Origin: Candidatus Kaiserbacteria bacterium RIFCSPHIGHO2_01_FULL_55_37
Lineage (GTDB): Bacteria > Patescibacteriota > Minisyncoccia > Phycocordibacterales > UBA2100
DNA: 58,477 nt
Direction of reading: 5' to 3'
Assembly: GCA_001781175.1 (NCBI GenBank)
Contig: MFKY01000048.1
Coordinates: forward strand, 1 to 58,477
The position numbers and the translations under genes are program-made. The notes below the pieces were generated by a model, which was given only the letters and a program-made list of their open reading frames with translations, searched no databases and was not told where the DNA came from. Positions 26,905-34,417 of this stretch are shown piece after piece. The number at the start of each line of letters is the position of its first letter. Position 1 is the stretch's first letter.

Positions 26905-27447
26905 ATGGCGAAAGAGAAGAAGCCTGCGAAAGCGAAGGCGAAAGCGAAAACCGGCGCGACGAAAAAGAAAGCGCCGAATGCGATCGACAAACACGTCGGA
27001 TCGAAGGTCCGCATGCGGCGGATGATGCTTTCGATGTCGCAGGAAAAGCTTGCCGAGGCACTCGGTCTGACCTTCCAGCAGGTCCAGAAATACGAGAAGG
27101 GCACCAATCGCATCGGTGCGTCTCGCATACAGCAAATATCGCTGATCCTGCAAGTGCCGGTGTCGTTCTTCTTCGACGGCGCTCCGATCGAGTTCCACTC
27201 GAAGTCGAAGTGAGAAGGCGCGGAGACGACCGGCGAAGCGCCGTCGCCGACATACGTGACCGACTGCCTCGCGACGCCTGACGGGCTCGCGCTGATAACG
27301 GCATTCTGGCGGATTAAGGACTCGGACATGCGTCGCAGCATCGTCGGTCTCGTCGAGCGTATTGCGCCGCCTGCCGAGCAACAGCAGCCGGGCAAGCACG
27401 AGGTCATCGAGTTCCCCGAGCCCAAACGCAAGGCCGCGGCCAAGTAA
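26905..27447 (+). pseudogene. XRE-family HTH regulator reading frame interrupted by a single in-frame TGA (27211-27213)
   Basis: Lys/Ala-rich N-terminus, then the HTH SQEKLAEALGLTFQQVQKYEKGTNRIGASRI...VPVSFFF. The frame stays open after the TGA through ...LALITAFWRIKDSDMRRSIVGLVERIA to TAA at 27447. Confidence 0.6.
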
Positions 27448-27480
27448 GTTCTTCAAGACCGCCAAAGGCGGCACAAACAT

Positions 27481-27507
27481 GAAACCGTGGCACGCTGTCA
27501 CGGTTTC
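27481..27507. terminator. Bidirectional hairpin between convergent genes
   Basis: GAAACCGTG / CACGGTTTC 9-bp stem with a 9-nt loop. Confidence 0.55.
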
Positions 27508-27510
27508 GTT

Positions 27511-28446
27511 CTATTCAAGCCGATATTTCTTGATGAAAGCACCAATCGAGACCGGATCGTGTATTTTGGAAAGGTCGCTTGTAAAATCTTGCCCCATAAC
27601 TTCGTCCATTGCTGGCATGTCGCTGTCACCGACAAAGAGGTTACGGCCTTCAGTGATCGCGCGTCGAAGTGAATTCCGAATCGTTTTTGCTTCTATCCCA
27701 GTTTTTTCAGCCATAGAACGTGTAATGCCGTCGAGAAGCCGCTGAGATTCACCAAAATGGTCTCCTTGGCTTCTCCAGTTGGTATAAAAGGTATCCAGCA
27801 CGGCACTCGAGAAAAGACCGGTGGTGGAACATAGTTCACGTACGATTTCCTCTGCCAACTCGTCGTTCAACGTTTCGTCGAAAAATACCAGGAAATCCTT
27901 TGATTCCCGAGAGCGGCCTTCTGCAACAGATTCAATTACTTCACTCACGGGCGCAATTGAATGCCGAACGCCTTGCGTTTCATGGAGCACATACCCCTCC
28001 CCGGGCACGGCCTTGAGAGCCCTCCTTCGGACTGCAATTGAATGACTCACCTCATGGATGAGGCAATGCAGTGCTAAAACGCGAATATCCAACTTATTTA
28101 TAAAAGCTTCATTCCGCAGCCCTTCGTCGTTAACCAAAACAGTCTTTGCATCCGGAATAATTTCCATCAATGCGTTTTTATTCGCCCCTTTTCCGTGCTG
28201 GCTCCACGCGCGATTATCAAACTGAAATATTGAGTATGAGAGAAAATCTGGATCTTTAGATGTCATCGACCTATGGAGATGCTTTGACAAGATAGCGTGC
28301 AAAAGTTCCTTACTTTTTTGTACATTTGAAATAACGTTGCCGATGATCGGGTTCCCTCCGTAATTGCCACGTAGAGTCTGTAATTTGTCACGCAAAACTT
28401 TATTCTCTTCAGCGGGAAAGTTGAAGACGGACAGTTTCTCGGCCAT
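27511..28446 (-). CDS. Hypothetical protein with HExxH zinc-metallopeptidase-like motif
   Basis: 311-aa ORF visibly more AT-rich than its neighbours. It contains LHCLIHEVSHS, an acidic stretch ETLNDELAEE downstream, and no signal peptide. Confidence 0.6.
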   Translation of the reverse strand: MAEKLSVFNFPAEENKVLRDKLQTLRGNYGGNPIIGNVISNVQKSKELLHAILSKHLHRSMTSKDPDFLSYSIFQFDNRAWSQHGKGANKNALMEIIPDAKTVLVNDEGLRNEAFINKLDIRVLALHCLIHEVSHSIAVRRRALKAVPGEGYVLHETQGVRHSIAPVSEVIESVAEGRSRESKDFLVFFDETLNDELAEEIVRELCSTTGLFSSAVLDTFYTNWRSQGDHFGESQRLLDGITRSMAEKTGIEAKTIRNSLRRAITEGRNLFVGDSDMPAMDEVMGQDFTSDLSKIHDPVSIGAFIKKYRLE

Positions 28447-28460
28447 GTTGAAAGTATAAC

Positions 28461-29129
28461 TTATTTCGTCTTAGGCCAGCGTTTGGCGGCCTCTGGCCAG
28501 AGCTTGGTGAGCGGGTGCACGAGACAATCGTGCGGACGCGCCGGGCAAACGTAGCGGCCGTAGAGGACGAGGCCGTTGTTGACGTACTTCCAATCTTTTT
28601 TCGGAATCAATGTCTCAAGGTCTTTTGATATTTTCGTAAGGTCCTCGTTGTCGGTCAGGTCAAATCGCTTGGCGAAACGCTTTACGTGTGTGTCGGTCGG
28701 TATCCCCTCCCAGCTATCATAGAGCTCCCCCAATATCACGTGCGCTGTTTTGTAGCCGACGCCGGGGAGCGTCTGTAATTCCTTTGCCGTACGGGGTACT
28801 TTACCCGCAAAATCTCTCTCCACTTTGATTGCCGCCGCAATTATCGCCTTCGCCTTATTGCGGAAGAATGTGACGGACGAAATTTCTTTCTCTAAATCTT
28901 TCGGTTTAGCCCGAGCGAAGTCGAGGGCAGTCTTATATTTCTTAAATAGTTTGTCAGTCACGCGGTTTACTACTTTGTCCGTGCATTGTGCCGACATCAT
29001 GACCGCAACGACAAATTGGAAATGTGTCCGGTGTTTCAGCTCACTTTTCGGCACCGGATAGGCCTTTTTGAGGTACGCGACAAGCTTGCGAACTCGAAGT
29101 TTTCGTTCATTTTCTTTTGTCGCACTCAT
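28461..29129 (-). CDS. nth: Endonuclease III (Nth) family glycosylase/lyase, Fe-S motif incomplete
   Basis: FQFVVAVMMSAQCTD, HhH LQTLPGVGYKTAHVI, and the catalytic-region D. Only C-x6-C remains at the C-terminus. The start at MSATK overlaps the upstream stop (ATGA). Confidence 0.85.
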   Translation of the reverse strand: MSATKENERKLRVRKLVAYLKKAYPVPKSELKHRTHFQFVVAVMMSAQCTDKVVNRVTDKLFKKYKTALDFARAKPKDLEKEISSVTFFRNKAKAIIAAAIKVERDFAGKVPRTAKELQTLPGVGYKTAHVILGELYDSWEGIPTDTHVKRFAKRFDLTDNEDLTKISKDLETLIPKKDWKYVNNGLVLYGRYVCPARPHDCLVHPLTKLWPEAAKRWPKTK

Positions 29130-29593
29130 TGAATGACAACGGGTATGGAAACAGAATCGTCGTTTTCCGGCATTCCCGAAGGATTGTCGCGTAAGAGGAC
29201 AACGGTCGCTGGCCCCGAATATGTGCCATCGAGGGTGACCGTCGCCGTAAACGTAACGAGGTCGGTCGTCATCCACTCCCCCTGTGCCTGGGCGATACCC
29301 TGCCCTATGAAGTTGTTATCCTTATCAACGATTTTGATGGGAAACGAGGCCTCAAAGTACCACGGGCCCGGAGCTGACCCCGAAACGACAAAAATATTCC
29401 CTACGGTTGAATTGGCCTTCGGCGAAGTAACGACCACGCTTGCAGAAAGCGGCTGTGTGGATGTCGCTGCGGGCGGCGTGGATGTGGCTGTGGGCGCTTC
29501 AACGCGCGCGGGCATCGCAAAAAGAACCCATGCAAGGACGACGATGACGATAAAAAGAAGGATTATAATCCCCCACCAGGTGCGTATTCTCAT
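29126..29593 (-). CDS. Membrane-anchored Gmad2 Ig-like domain protein
   Basis: N-terminal TM helix, then VTSPKANSTVGNIFVVSGSAPGPWYFEASFPIKIVDKDNNFIG. Confidence 0.6.
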   Translation of the reverse strand: MRIRTWWGIIILLFIVIVVLAWVLFAMPARVEAPTATSTPPAATSTQPLSASVVVTSPKANSTVGNIFVVSGSAPGPWYFEASFPIKIVDKDNNFIGQGIAQAQGEWMTTDLVTFTATVTLDGTYSGPATVVLLRDNPSGMPENDDSVSIPVVIQ

Positions 29594-29602
29594 ATGTAAA
29601 GG

Positions 29603-30580
29603 TTACAACTCCGATATGATCTTGGCAATCTTTTCAGAATCATGCCGGGCGATATCCGCTTCTGAGAAGAAATCGCCGGTTATCAGATTTGCCGTATAAT
29701 CACCCAACGCCGCATCGCATTTCATCGGATACTTCTTTTCCTCCTCATACGCCGCGGCAAGCTTGGAGCTCATGGTCTGTATATTACAAATGACGTAATC
29801 GAACTTTTCGATGCCGCTATAGTGCAAAAGTTCTTTTATCATATCGGAACAGGCGAACCCGTGCGTCTCTCCCCACTTCGTCATCAAATTGCAGACGGCT
29901 ACCTTCTTCCCTTTGCTGGCCCGCAAAGATTCTTGCATTCCCCCTACGCAAAGTGTCGGGACAAGCGACGAATAGAGATCTCCCGGACCGATAACAATGA
30001 GGTCAGCCTCACGTATCGCCTTGTCGGTTTCCTCGTAGATGCGCGCCTCCGGTTCCAGAAATATATTCTTGATGCATAAATTACCGTCGTGTTTCGGAAT
30101 GTCGATGTTGGTCTCGCCTACTATCTCGGTGCCGTCTTCCAGTACCGCGTGTACATGCGATTTGTCCAAAGACACGGGCAGGACCTTTCCCTTGATATTG
30201 AGGAGCTCCGAGGCCTTGCGGATGCCTTCTATCTCGCCGCCGTAGATAGAAGAGAGCGCCGCAAGGAAAAGATTGCCGAAACTGTGGCCATGCAAAGCGC
30301 TGTGACCATTTTCTCCTCCGGAGGAGGACCTGCCTCTGGCGGGAAAACGGTAATTGAAAAGTTCTCGGAGAATCTCCGCCTGCCCTTCGTCCGCGAGCGC
30401 AAGCAATCCCCGGCGCACATCGCCCGGCGGCAAAATGCCGAACTCGTCGCGCAAAACCCCGGCAGAACCGCCCGAGTCGAACGAGGTGAAAACCGCCGTA
30501 ATATCGAGCGGAAACGCCTTGAGCCCGCGCAAAAGCGTGTATCCGCCGCTTCCCCCGCCTATCCGGACGACTTTTTTCAT
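29603..30580 (-). CDS. yvcK: YvcK/CofD-family gluconeogenesis factor (UPF0052)
   Basis: IGGGSGGYTLLRGLK...FDSGGSAGVLRDEFGILPPGDVRR. Confidence 0.85.
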   Translation of the reverse strand: MKKVVRIGGGSGGYTLLRGLKAFPLDITAVFTSFDSGGSAGVLRDEFGILPPGDVRRGLLALADEGQAEILRELFNYRFPARGRSSSGGENGHSALHGHSFGNLFLAALSSIYGGEIEGIRKASELLNIKGKVLPVSLDKSHVHAVLEDGTEIVGETNIDIPKHDGNLCIKNIFLEPEARIYEETDKAIREADLIVIGPGDLYSSLVPTLCVGGMQESLRASKGKKVAVCNLMTKWGETHGFACSDMIKELLHYSGIEKFDYVICNIQTMSSKLAAAYEEEKKYPMKCDAALGDYTANLITGDFFSEADIARHDSEKIAKIISEL

Positions 30581-30602
30581 AATGGCTTATTGTATACCCC
30601 TA

Positions 30603-31172
30603 TCACTCCACGCCAAACTTCTTGAGTGCTTCGAGTACGGCCGAAAGCGGCAGACCGGCGATGTTGTTGTGGTCCCCCGTCGTTCTTTCTATCAACGCGG
30701 CACCCTTCCCCTGAATGACGTACGCACCGGCGGCTTTGAGCGGTTCACCCGTCTTTACGTACCAGGAAATCTCTTGCGGCGATAACTTCCGGAATTTCAC
30801 GCGCGTCCCTACCGTTTTCGAAATATGCTTACCGGTTTTAGAGTCCACGACAGCAAACCCCGTAAGGATAGTGTGTGTCTTACCGCTCAACATCTCGAGC
30901 ATCAGGGCGGCGCGCTTTGGAGTATGCGGCTTCCCGAGGAGCGCGCCACGGTACACAACGAAGGTATCCGCACCGATAACGATTGCATCCGCGTGACGCG
31001 CCGCTGCGGTCTTTGCTTTGCCGAGCGCAAGATGCCGCGCGAGTACGCGCGGCGCAAGCGGGATGCGCATGTCTTCCTTATAGCCGCTTTCTTCCACGGT
31101 GAACGGAATGCCCGTCGTCGAGAGTATCTTTTTGCGCCACGGCGAGACGGAGGCGAGAATAATTTTCCGCAT
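30603..31172 (-). CDS. maf: Maf-like nucleoside triphosphate pyrophosphatase
   Basis: KIILASVSPWRKKIL...IGADTFVVYRGALLGKP...GAYVIQG. Start chosen at MRKII. Confidence 0.85.
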   Translation of the reverse strand: MRKIILASVSPWRKKILSTTGIPFTVEESGYKEDMRIPLAPRVLARHLALGKAKTAAARHADAIVIGADTFVVYRGALLGKPHTPKRAALMLEMLSGKTHTILTGFAVVDSKTGKHISKTVGTRVKFRKLSPQEISWYVKTGEPLKAAGAYVIQGKGAALIERTTGDHNNIAGLPLSAVLEALKKFGVE

Positions 31173-31261
31173 CGCGACAGTATTGCATCCCGCCCTTTCT
31201 GGGTAAAGGGTGGGATTGCACGAACGAAATGACCTTGCTAGAATGCTCGCACACACCCCAT

Positions 31262-31396
31262 ACGTATCAAGAGTGCGACGAGAGTTCCGGCTTTATGACT
31301 CGCCAGCAACCTGCCGAAGGTAAGGTGCTCCATCCGGCCCCTAGCGGGAAGATGCTTTTGTCGAAAGAATCTCCCTATAAGGGAGATATTGTTTAT
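31262..31396 (+). promoter_or_regulatory. SAM-I (S-box) riboswitch with terminator, upstream of metK
   Basis: UAUCAAGAG...GAGAG..GGC..UGA..C.CAGCAACC...AGGUGCUC..CC...AGAUG follows the S-box core order. Terminator: ATCTCCCT-ata-AGGGAGAT (31369-31387) plus a T-rich tail. An extended -10 box TGCTAGAAT sits at 31236-31244. Confidence 0.75.
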
Positions 31397-31401
31397 AGGT
31401 G

Positions 31402-31442
31402 TTTGAATTTACTACAAGCTACAAGCTAATAACTACAAACTA
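31402..31442. repeat. Second copy of the 41-nt TTTGAATTT + heptamer-repeat element
   Basis: TTTGAATTT A CTACAAG CTACAAG CTAATAA CTACAAA CTA ends 6 nt before the metK ATG. 33 of 41 positions match 15742-15782. Confidence 0.8.
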
Positions 31443-31448
31443 TTCCAT

Positions 31449-32504
31449 ATGTTCCACTTACTCGAACGATATACCGTTGAGAGCGTCACGTGCGGACACC
31501 CTGACAAAGTGTGTGACCAGATGTCCGACGCGATTCTTGATGCGATGCTCGCACAGGACCCTTTTAGCCGCGCGGGAGTAGAGACCTTCGGCAGCCACGG
31601 CACGCTCATGATAGGCGGTGAAGTGAAAACAAAAGCGAAAATAGATTTCGAAAAGATAGCGCGCAAAGTGTATAAAGACATCGGATACACCGAGAAGCTT
31701 GAGGTGTTTGTGCGCGTCGCGCAGCAATCCCCTGACATCGCGATGGGAGTGGATACGGGAGGCGCAGGAGACCAAGGCATCATGTACGGCTACGCGACGA
31801 ACGAGACAAAAGAATATTTGCCGAAAGGCGTCGTACTTGCGCACGCGCTCGCGAGACGGCTCGAAAAGTTGCGCCGCGACGGCACGCTTAAATGGCTCAA
31901 GCCCGACGGCAAGACGCAGGTGACCATTTCAAAAGGCAAAGTTATCACTGCGCTTTGCTCCACGCAGCACGACAAAAAAGTCTCGCAGGAAGAGATACGT
32001 AAGCAGCTCATTAAGCACCTCTTCACGCCTATACTCGGCTCGCTCAAAAATATCGAGATACTCGTCAATCCAACGGGGCGGTTTGTGCAAGGAGGATTTG
32101 AAGCCGATGCGGGGCTCACGGGCCGCAAAATCCAAGTAGACACCTACGGTGGGCTTATGCCACACGGTGGCGGCTGTTTCTCGGGTAAGGAGCCGATGAA
32201 GGTGGACCGCTCGGCCGCATACATGTGCCGTTTTGTCGCGAAGAACCTCGTCGCAAACGGCTATGCCAAGAAAGCGCTGGTATCGGTCGCCTACGCTATC
32301 GGCCGCGCGGAGCCCGTCATGATAGAGGCGTTCGACGAGAAAGGTAAGAACCTAACCCACATCGTGACCAAGAATTTCGATTTCCGCCCGCAAGCAATCA
32401 TCGAACGGCTGGACCTGCGCCGCCCCATCTACAAAGAAACCGCCGCCTATGGCCACTTCGGAGTAGCGGGAAGACCATGGGAGAAGATTGTGAAGCTTAA
32501 GTAA
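31449..32504 (+). CDS. metK: S-adenosylmethionine synthetase (short form, 351 aa)
   Basis: ESVTCGHPDKVCDQMSDAILD...GGAGDQGIMYGYA...VDTYGG. Confidence 0.93.
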   Translation: MFHLLERYTVESVTCGHPDKVCDQMSDAILDAMLAQDPFSRAGVETFGSHGTLMIGGEVKTKAKIDFEKIARKVYKDIGYTEKLEVFVRVAQQSPDIAMGVDTGGAGDQGIMYGYATNETKEYLPKGVVLAHALARRLEKLRRDGTLKWLKPDGKTQVTISKGKVITALCSTQHDKKVSQEEIRKQLIKHLFTPILGSLKNIEILVNPTGRFVQGGFEADAGLTGRKIQVDTYGGLMPHGGGCFSGKEPMKVDRSAAYMCRFVAKNLVANGYAKKALVSVAYAIGRAEPVMIEAFDEKGKNLTHIVTKNFDFRPQAIIERLDLRRPIYKETAAYGHFGVAGRPWEKIVKLK

Positions 32505-32591
32505 ATATTGGCCGCCCGCCTTCGCGAGGCCGCAGCCTCGCTTCGACGAGGCGAAGGCCCGTGGGAGAAAATAATCAAACTGAAAAAGTAA
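32505..32591 (+). other. Hairpin spacer plus ghost (recoded) copy of the MetK C-terminal tail
   Basis: After the TAA comes the GC-rich hairpin GCGAGGC-cgca-GCCTCGC with outer GCCTTC/GAAGGC pairing. It is followed in frame by GGC CCG TGG GAG AAA ATA ATC AAA CTG AAA AAG TAA = GPWEKIIKLKK*. The real end is RPWEKIVKLK*. Confidence 0.75.
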
Positions 32592-32728
32592 GCGGCACGG
32601 GTGTTACACCGGACATCATCGCGTGATATGTTATCCCACTGTCGCTGACTTCGTAAGAATGCCCGGGCAATCAACATTGAATTGAATTTTGCGCACATAC
32701 CGACCCGACATAAGCGCGCCCTTACACA

Positions 32729-32760
32729 CATGCAACTATGACGGCCGTCACAGTTGCATG
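32729..32760. promoter_or_regulatory. 32-bp palindrome (candidate operator) overlapping the promoter of the PaaX-like gene
   Basis: CATGCAACT AT GACGGCCGTC AC AGTTGCATG. Its right arm contains TTGCAT (-35-like), and TATGAT follows at 32775-32780. Confidence 0.6.
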
Positions 32761-32789
32761 TGGTCATGATATTCTATGATAGATAACGT

Positions 32790-33365
32790 ATGGGGAAACT
32801 CGAAACGGCTGCCCGATTTGAAAGACGCAAGGGATACGTGCAAAAGGCCGTCTTAGCGAGCATCGGCATTGCGGGAATACTGCTTGTCGCGATGGCCGCG
32901 CCGAATACCCTGCAACTACTGGGAAAACTCGGCAAAGGCAAAAAGAGATTCGGCGAGGAAACCCGGTCAGCACTTTCGCGTCTTGCCTACAGAGGTCTCA
33001 TTGCCTTCGAAGAGCGCGATGGAAAGAAGTACGCCCGTATCACCGAGAAAGGTCGGCGAGCCCTTGAATTCGAAGCACAGAAAGCGGCTGTTCGCGCCAA
33101 GTGCGGAGGGCGATGGGATAAACGTTACCGAATGGTGATTTTTGATATTCCTGAGCGGAAACGCAGTATTCGCGCTTCTCTACGCCGAACCATGCGCGAA
33201 TCGGGTTTCTTGTGCATTCAAGGGAGCGTCTGGGTATACCCATATGATTGCGAGGATCTCATTGCACTTTTGAAAGCTGATCTTCACATCGGCAAAGATG
33301 TTTTGTATACCATCGTTGAAAAGATTGAGAACGATGCGTGGATCAAAAGACATTTCGACTTATAG
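32790..33365 (+). CDS. PaaX-like / Cas2-fold domain protein with N-terminal TM helix (putative regulator)
   Basis: TM helix AVLASIGIAGILLVAMAA, a winged-helix-like segment LAYRGLIAFEERDGKKYARITEKG, and a C-terminal YRMVIFDIPERKRSIRASLRRTMRESGFLCIQGSVWVYP. Confidence 0.55.
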   Translation: MGKLETAARFERRKGYVQKAVLASIGIAGILLVAMAAPNTLQLLGKLGKGKKRFGEETRSALSRLAYRGLIAFEERDGKKYARITEKGRRALEFEAQKAAVRAKCGGRWDKRYRMVIFDIPERKRSIRASLRRTMRESGFLCIQGSVWVYPYDCEDLIALLKADLHIGKDVLYTIVEKIENDAWIKRHFDL

Positions 33366-33382
33366 AAACAAATCATCAAATA

Positions 33383-33414
33383 CATACAAATCGGACGGCC
33401 GTCATATTTGTATG
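33383..33414. promoter_or_regulatory. Second 32-bp palindrome of the same design, upstream of the HAD phosphatase gene
   Basis: CATACAAAT CG GACGGCCGTC AT ATTTGTATG, followed by TATATAA. Confidence 0.6.
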
Positions 33415-33493
33415 TAGGTATATAAAGGGCTGTATGTGTTATGCGTCAGAGTAGAACTGTGCAACGAAAGTTGAAATCAGGTATCATGCGGGG

Positions 33494-34153
33494 ATGCACA
33501 AGGCATTCATCTTCGACATGGACGGTGTGCTCATCGACAGCGAACCTGTTTGGGACGAACTCGAACGCACGCAGCTGCCGAGATTCTTCGGGGCTGATAT
33601 TTTCGCGCGTATGGGAAGCTTTGTCGGCATCGGAGTTATCGACGTTATCGAGCGTGCCAAGTCGTTAGGTGCAGTCTTCGAACCGGCCGAGTATCTCAAG
33701 ATCGCCGACGAAATGGCCCGGGAAGTCTACGCTCGCGCTCCTATTACGAAAGATGCCGATGTCCTTGTACAAAAATTGCACGATACGGGTTTTCGCCTTG
33801 GTCTCGTAACTCAATCACCGCAGCAGTGGCTCGATCAGGCCCTACCGCGCCTGCCGTTCAAGGATAAATTAGAGGTCGTCATGTCGCTCTATGAACATCC
33901 CGAGCTTAAGCGCAAACCACATCCCGACGGCTACGTATCTGCACTTGCAACACTAAACGCCGACCCAAACCACTCTATCGTGCTTGAAGACTCGAATTTT
34001 GGTATACAAGCCGGAAAAGCTTCTGGAGCATATGTAATCGGCTACCGTGGCAACCTCGTGCACGGCTACGAGCAAACCGGCGCGGACGCGTATGCGGAGA
34101 CGATGGACGACGTAATCAAATTAGTCGAAAAATTCACTATTACTGAGCCGTAA
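33494..34153 (+). CDS. HAD-IA family hydrolase (beta-phosphoglucomutase/phosphatase-like)
   Basis: FIFDMDGVLIDSE, LVTQS, and VLEDSNFGIQAGKASGAYVIG. Confidence 0.85.
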   Translation: MHKAFIFDMDGVLIDSEPVWDELERTQLPRFFGADIFARMGSFVGIGVIDVIERAKSLGAVFEPAEYLKIADEMAREVYARAPITKDADVLVQKLHDTGFRLGLVTQSPQQWLDQALPRLPFKDKLEVVMSLYEHPELKRKPHPDGYVSALATLNADPNHSIVLEDSNFGIQAGKASGAYVIGYRGNLVHGYEQTGADAYAETMDDVIKLVEKFTITEP

Positions 34154-34412
34154 CGGTTCCTGAGTAACGAATTTTTAATCCAATTTGCACAACGCTGATA
34201 GCAAGCGCGATTGCATTCGTCATCGCCAGCGGCGTCGACACAATTAACACGCCATACGTGAGCCAAAGACTACAATTGAGAAAATACATGACCAACATAC
34301 CCCACGACACATCTTCAACGCTTTTCGTTTTAAAAGATTTGTACACCTGAGGAAGCATCAGAGACGTCCCGATAATCGTTGCCGCATAACCAACAATATC
34401 TACTAACGCCAT
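34140..34412 (-). CDS. SemiSWEET / PQ-loop family transporter (90 aa)
   Basis: Three TM helices with LMLPQVYKSFKTKS, the PQ motif. Confidence 0.7.
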   Translation of the reverse strand: MALVDIVGYAATIIGTSLMLPQVYKSFKTKSVEDVSWGMLVMYFLNCSLWLTYGVLIVSTPLAMTNAIALAISVVQIGLKIRYSGTVTAQ

Positions 34413-34417
34413 ATCGT

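Noticed and set aside
27211-27213. In-frame TGA as evidence for an alternative genetic code (code 4/25) or selenocysteine
   Set aside because: Very long standard-code ORFs are intact. TGA terminates bona fide genes such as groEL. The position is a non-catalytic linker, and no sel genes are visible. Only local read-through or a pseudogene remains plausible.
26398-27501. 367-aa and 220-aa minus-strand ORFs across the XRE gene and the FemAB 3' end
   Set aside because: They are antisense artefacts of GC3-rich coding sequence. They are Arg/Leu-rich with no motifs, and they overlap two well-supported plus-strand genes.
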